27,895 nucleotides of DNA from a virus. Taxonomy: Duplodnaviria > Caudoviricetes. Under the pieces are notes generated by a model. It did not search any database and had not been told where the DNA came from. It saw only the letters and a list, made by a program, of their open reading frames with translations. Where the stretch lies: the IMG/VR virus record IMGVR_UViG_3300006641_000134, positions 1 through 27,895 of that record, one strand, 5' to 3'. The translations under genes were made by a program, and so were the position numbers. Below, one piece after another: positions 25,633 to 27,895 of the stretch (positions are counted from its first letter, which is position 1; every line of letters begins with the position of its first letter).

Positions 25633-25746
25633 AGCCCGCACACGTATGGGGGCAAAATTTGTTTTACGTCAAGTTACGACACACCCTGAAATTTGTGAGG
25701 TTTATCACAAAATAAATCTACGACACGCCGATAGCCAAATGGTAAA

Positions 25747-25768
25747 TGTCGGTGGCTTCGGCTATAAT
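25747..25768 (+). promoter_or_regulatory. PafBC-type promoter 10
   Basis: TGTCGG-N10-TATAAT. Confidence 0.85.
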
Positions 25769-25796
25769 TGCGCTATCAACAAACGAAAGGAAACAA

Positions 25797-26048
25797 ATGC
25801 TAAACACAGATAACTGGGCTTCTTACCCGTTTTCCGTCGAGGGTGTAGATTTTGTATCTAAACTAGACCCACAAGGCTCTTTCTATCCACAAGTAGAACG
25901 CCTGCCTGCTGGAGTATTTACTGCTGAAAATACTCGTATGGTAACTGAACTAATCGGTAATCCTGCTCTCTTTACTCGTCAAGAATTGCAAGATGAGTTA
26001 GACCGCATAAATGCTGGCGCTTCGCAGGCTCTCGTAGCCTTAGCCTAA
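25797..26048 (+). CDS. Hypothetical protein
   Basis: Start moved to ATG 25797 (GAAAGGA SD). The track start lies inside the promoter. Confidence 0.8.
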   Translation: MLNTDNWASYPFSVEGVDFVSKLDPQGSFYPQVERLPAGVFTAENTRMVTELIGNPALFTRQELQDELDRINAGASQALVALA

Positions 26049-26051
26049 CAA

Positions 26052-26073
26052 TGTCGGTGGGCTAGTGTATAAT
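26052..26073 (+). promoter_or_regulatory. PafBC-type promoter 11 (with -10 in a hairpin loop)
   Basis: TGTCGG-N10-TATAAT. GGTGGGCTAG/CTAGCCCACC flank the -10. Confidence 0.85.
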
Positions 26074-26103
26074 CTAGCCCACCACAACAACGAAAGGAAA
26101 CAA

Positions 26104-26379
26104 ATGTTATCAACCGCAACCGCCCTTATCGAAGCAACCGAACAGAGTATTTTTGATGAGGAAGTAATGGGCTTTGCTCAGGCTTTCTGCCACAATGCTA
26201 AAGACTTGGATACTGAACAATTCGCTAAGTCTATTTATGTTTATTCTTGTATGCTTGCTTCTCTCGCAGTAGATAAGGCTATGAAAGTTTTACTAAGCGA
26301 AGATGAAATCATAGACCTAATGAACGCTATTGACGAATTGGAAACAATGAGAGATGAGGTAATGAACAATGGGGAGTAA
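26104..26379 (+). CDS. Hypothetical acidic helical protein
   Basis: Start moved to ATG 26104 (GAAAGGA SD). Confidence 0.8.
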   Translation: MLSTATALIEATEQSIFDEEVMGFAQAFCHNAKDLDTEQFAKSIYVYSCMLASLAVDKAMKVLLSEDEIIDLMNAIDELETMRDEVMNNGE

Positions 26380-26644
26380 TTTCGCAACCGATTTAGCTGA
26401 ACTAGATTTAGGTTTATCTTTAGAGGATAGTATTGCTATCCACTTATCAGCTAATCATTATCCACCCGTTCCCCGCTCTATGGTAGAACCTTGTATTGCC
26501 GCCATAGATGCTTATCACGATGAGGATTACCAACGCCTTATTGACCTACCCGCACCTATTACTTGGCGGGATCAAAATCAAGCACCTGCTTCCGCTATCG
26601 TAGAGGCTCACCACCTAGACGCTTGGCTTCCGCAGTATGACTAA
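26369..26644 (+). CDS. Conserved hypothetical protein (HLxxNHYPPVP...HHLDAW)
   Basis: 91 aa, GAGG SD, overlaps the upstream gene. Confidence 0.8.
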   Translation: MGSNFATDLAELDLGLSLEDSIAIHLSANHYPPVPRSMVEPCIAAIDAYHDEDYQRLIDLPAPITWRDQNQAPASAIVEAHHLDAWLPQYD

Positions 26645-26669
26645 AATCACACTTTCCAACCCTACCGCT

Positions 26670-26691
26670 TGTCGGTGGGGTCTGGTAAAAT
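26670..26691 (+). promoter_or_regulatory. PafBC-type promoter 12
   Basis: TGTCGG-N10-TAAAAT. Confidence 0.85.
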
Positions 26692-26717
26692 ACAACCCTA
26701 ACAGAAAGGAAAAATAA

Positions 26718-26870
26718 ATGGCAACAACGCTAGAAATCGGACAAACCTTCACAACTGAGAAATCAGGTGTAATCGGTGTAATCAAGGCAGTAGATAACCA
26801 CCCTTCAGGTGTGGCTCGTGTGCTTCTTGATGTAAATGGCTCAGAACGCTGGACAAGCGTATCTATCTAA
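26718..26870 (+). CDS. 50-aa beta-rich (SH3-like) protein
   Basis: Not in track. GAAAGGA SD. MATTLEIGQTFTTEKSGVIGVIKAVDNHPSGVARVLLDVNGSERWTSVSI. Confidence 0.78.
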   Translation: MATTLEIGQTFTTEKSGVIGVIKAVDNHPSGVARVLLDVNGSERWTSVSI

Positions 26871-26893
26871 TCAAATGGCAGGGCTCACCAAAA

Positions 26894-26915
26894 TGTCGGT
26901 GGGCTCTGCTACAAT
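26894..26915 (+). promoter_or_regulatory. PafBC-type promoter 13
   Basis: TGTCGG-N10-TACAAT. Confidence 0.85.
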
Positions 26916-26945
26916 CTCTCTCTAACCTAAACGAAAGGAAATCAA

Positions 26946-27368
26946 ATGGCTAGAAACGGAAAATCTATTAGCGTGAAAATCGCTACAACCAAAGTTATCA
27001 AGGCTTTGGAAAACAAGTTAGCACAAGTCAAGAAAGACAAGGCTAACCAAAAAATCAACGAGGAGAAATACTCAAAGGCTATGGAAAAGTATAACAAGGA
27101 AATCGCTAAGATTGCCCTTGCTAACATTACCAAAGCAAATGACTTATCTGCTCACACAAGATACAATGGCGAACTAAATGTATCTTTCTCTATTCCAAAA
27201 GGTAGCCTAGACCTACCTGCTGAACCTGAAAAGGATTTTGAGACTTTTCACGATTGGCAATACAAGGAAATGGTAGATGAAATTGAGAACGCTATCCGTA
27301 TTCTCAAGATGACCGATGAGGAAGTCGTAAGCACTTCTACTTACAACGCTATCGCAAGATACTTGTAA
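26946..27368 (+). CDS. Hypothetical coiled-coil protein
   Basis: 140 aa, GAAAGGA SD. Confidence 0.85.
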   Translation: MARNGKSISVKIATTKVIKALENKLAQVKKDKANQKINEEKYSKAMEKYNKEIAKIALANITKANDLSAHTRYNGELNVSFSIPKGSLDLPAEPEKDFETFHDWQYKEMVDEIENAIRILKMTDEEVVSTSTYNAIARYL

Positions 27369-27375
27369 TCTTAGC

Positions 27376-27411
27376 GGGGGCTAGACAAAATCTAGCCCCC
27401 TATGCTAAAAT
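27376..27411 (+). promoter_or_regulatory. Hairpin overlapping a sigmaA-type promoter
   Basis: GGGGGCTAGA-CAAAA-TCTAGCCCCC, with TAGACA-N18-TAAAAT and a TG extension. Confidence 0.6.
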
Positions 27412-27440
27412 ATTTATCCCTACTAACAGAAAGAAAACAA

Positions 27441-27641
27441 ATGTATAAACTAACAGTATTATACGATGGCGATGTATTCGCTACTTACCAATACTCAGAT
27501 GCCCTACAAGCGTTTGAGGCTTTCGCAAGATGTATAGATGTGGGCTTTGCTGAAAATGAGGCAACCTATAATCTCTCAATGCCAACAGGCAAAATGTATA
27601 CCAAAAATTTCAATCGAGCAGGATTGGTGTCCGCAAAATGA
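27441..27641 (+). CDS. Hypothetical protein
   Basis: Start moved to ATG 27441 (GAAAGA SD-like sequence). Confidence 0.75.
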   Translation: MYKLTVLYDGDVFATYQYSDALQAFEAFARCIDVGFAENEATYNLSMPTGKMYTKNFNRAGLVSAK

Positions 27642-27880
27642 AAAATCGTTATCGTGTAGAAATCTTTGACGAAATCAAAGATAATGACCTAACTCTTTAC
27701 TCAGATGAGGGCGTGAATAAAGAATATCTAACTGAACTTGTATTTTCTAATCTCCGCCGCTTTTCTGGTAATGTTCGTGCTTATGTTTTTGATAATCTAA
27801 AGAAAAAGAAAACAACAGCACTTTATTTACCGATGGAAGTTATTCCTAAGAAAACGGAACTAACAAAACTTCTCGGATAA
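27638..27880 (+). CDS. Hypothetical protein
   Basis: 80 aa, ATGA overlap with the upstream gene. Confidence 0.75.
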   Translation: MKNRYRVEIFDEIKDNDLTLYSDEGVNKEYLTELVFSNLRRFSGNVRAYVFDNLKKKKTTALYLPMEVIPKKTELTKLLG

Positions 27881-27895
27881 AAAGCTTGGGGCGGG

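Larger units (their letters stand above)
20957..25729. promoter_or_regulatory. Ten dispersed GACAC/GTGTC boxes (extended consensus CGACACGCC), WhiA-type
   Basis: Copies near 20957, 21323, 22048, 22186, 22705, 22800, 24080, 24123, 25677, 25721, all intergenic. Confidence 0.6.
20726..26651. promoter_or_regulatory. Ten dispersed CRP/GlxR-type palindromes TGTGA-N6-TCACA
   Basis: Perfect at 20752, 21296, 22817, 25694. One mismatch at 20726, 20928, 22023, 24096, 26636. Two mismatches at 22158. Confidence 0.75.

Noticed and set aside
20802-26915. CRISPR array or integron attC array interpretation of the repeated motif
   Set aside because: Spacing is irregular, spacers are whole genes, and conservation is limited to two hexamers with fixed promoter geometry. 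No cas or integrase gene is present.
20082-27133. Track ORFs 20082..20324 (+), 21320..21562 (-), 23729..23947 (-), 26942..27133 (-)
   Set aside because: Antisense to genes that have good SD sites and coupling.
20600-27895. LexA SOS boxes (TCGAAC-N4-GTTCGA)
   Set aside because: Looked for because of the DNA-damage link. None was seen by eye.

Overview
Fragment of a large, AT-rich tailed dsDNA phage, most likely infecting Actinobacteria and resembling freshwater actinophages. The host call is an inference from GAAAGGA Shine-Dalgarno sites, a Gp88-like gene and actinobacterial regulator motifs. 1-14.7 kb (minus strand) is a virion fibre/adhesin block: several glycine-rich, Ig/FN3-containing proteins, an Mtd_N-type fibre, small partner proteins and a holin-like gene. 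14.7-20.6 kb holds a class II ribonucleotide reductase, a GT4 glycosyltransferase, a divergent lytic transglycosylase operon, a candidate ~90-nt small RNA, four tRNAs (Arg-UCU, Thr-UGU, Gly-UCC, Asn-GUU), a near-perfect parS palindrome, and HNH and EndoVII-type nucleases. 20.7-27.9 kb (plus strand) is an early-type array of about 25 small genes. The main result is in its intergenic DNA. Thirteen promoters share the exact form TGTCRG-N10-TAnnnT, the signature of the actinobacterial PafBC (RecA-independent DNA-damage, -26 element) promoter. They are interleaved with ten CRP-type TGTGA-N6-TCACA palindromes, most of them helically phased, ten GACAC (WhiA-type) boxes, four DnaA boxes and BldC-like direct repeats. 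The phage appears to wire its early genes into host DNA-damage, cAMP and cell-cycle regulators. Motif positions were read directly from the sequence. Regulator and protein-family assignments come from recalled consensus motifs, not from database searches.
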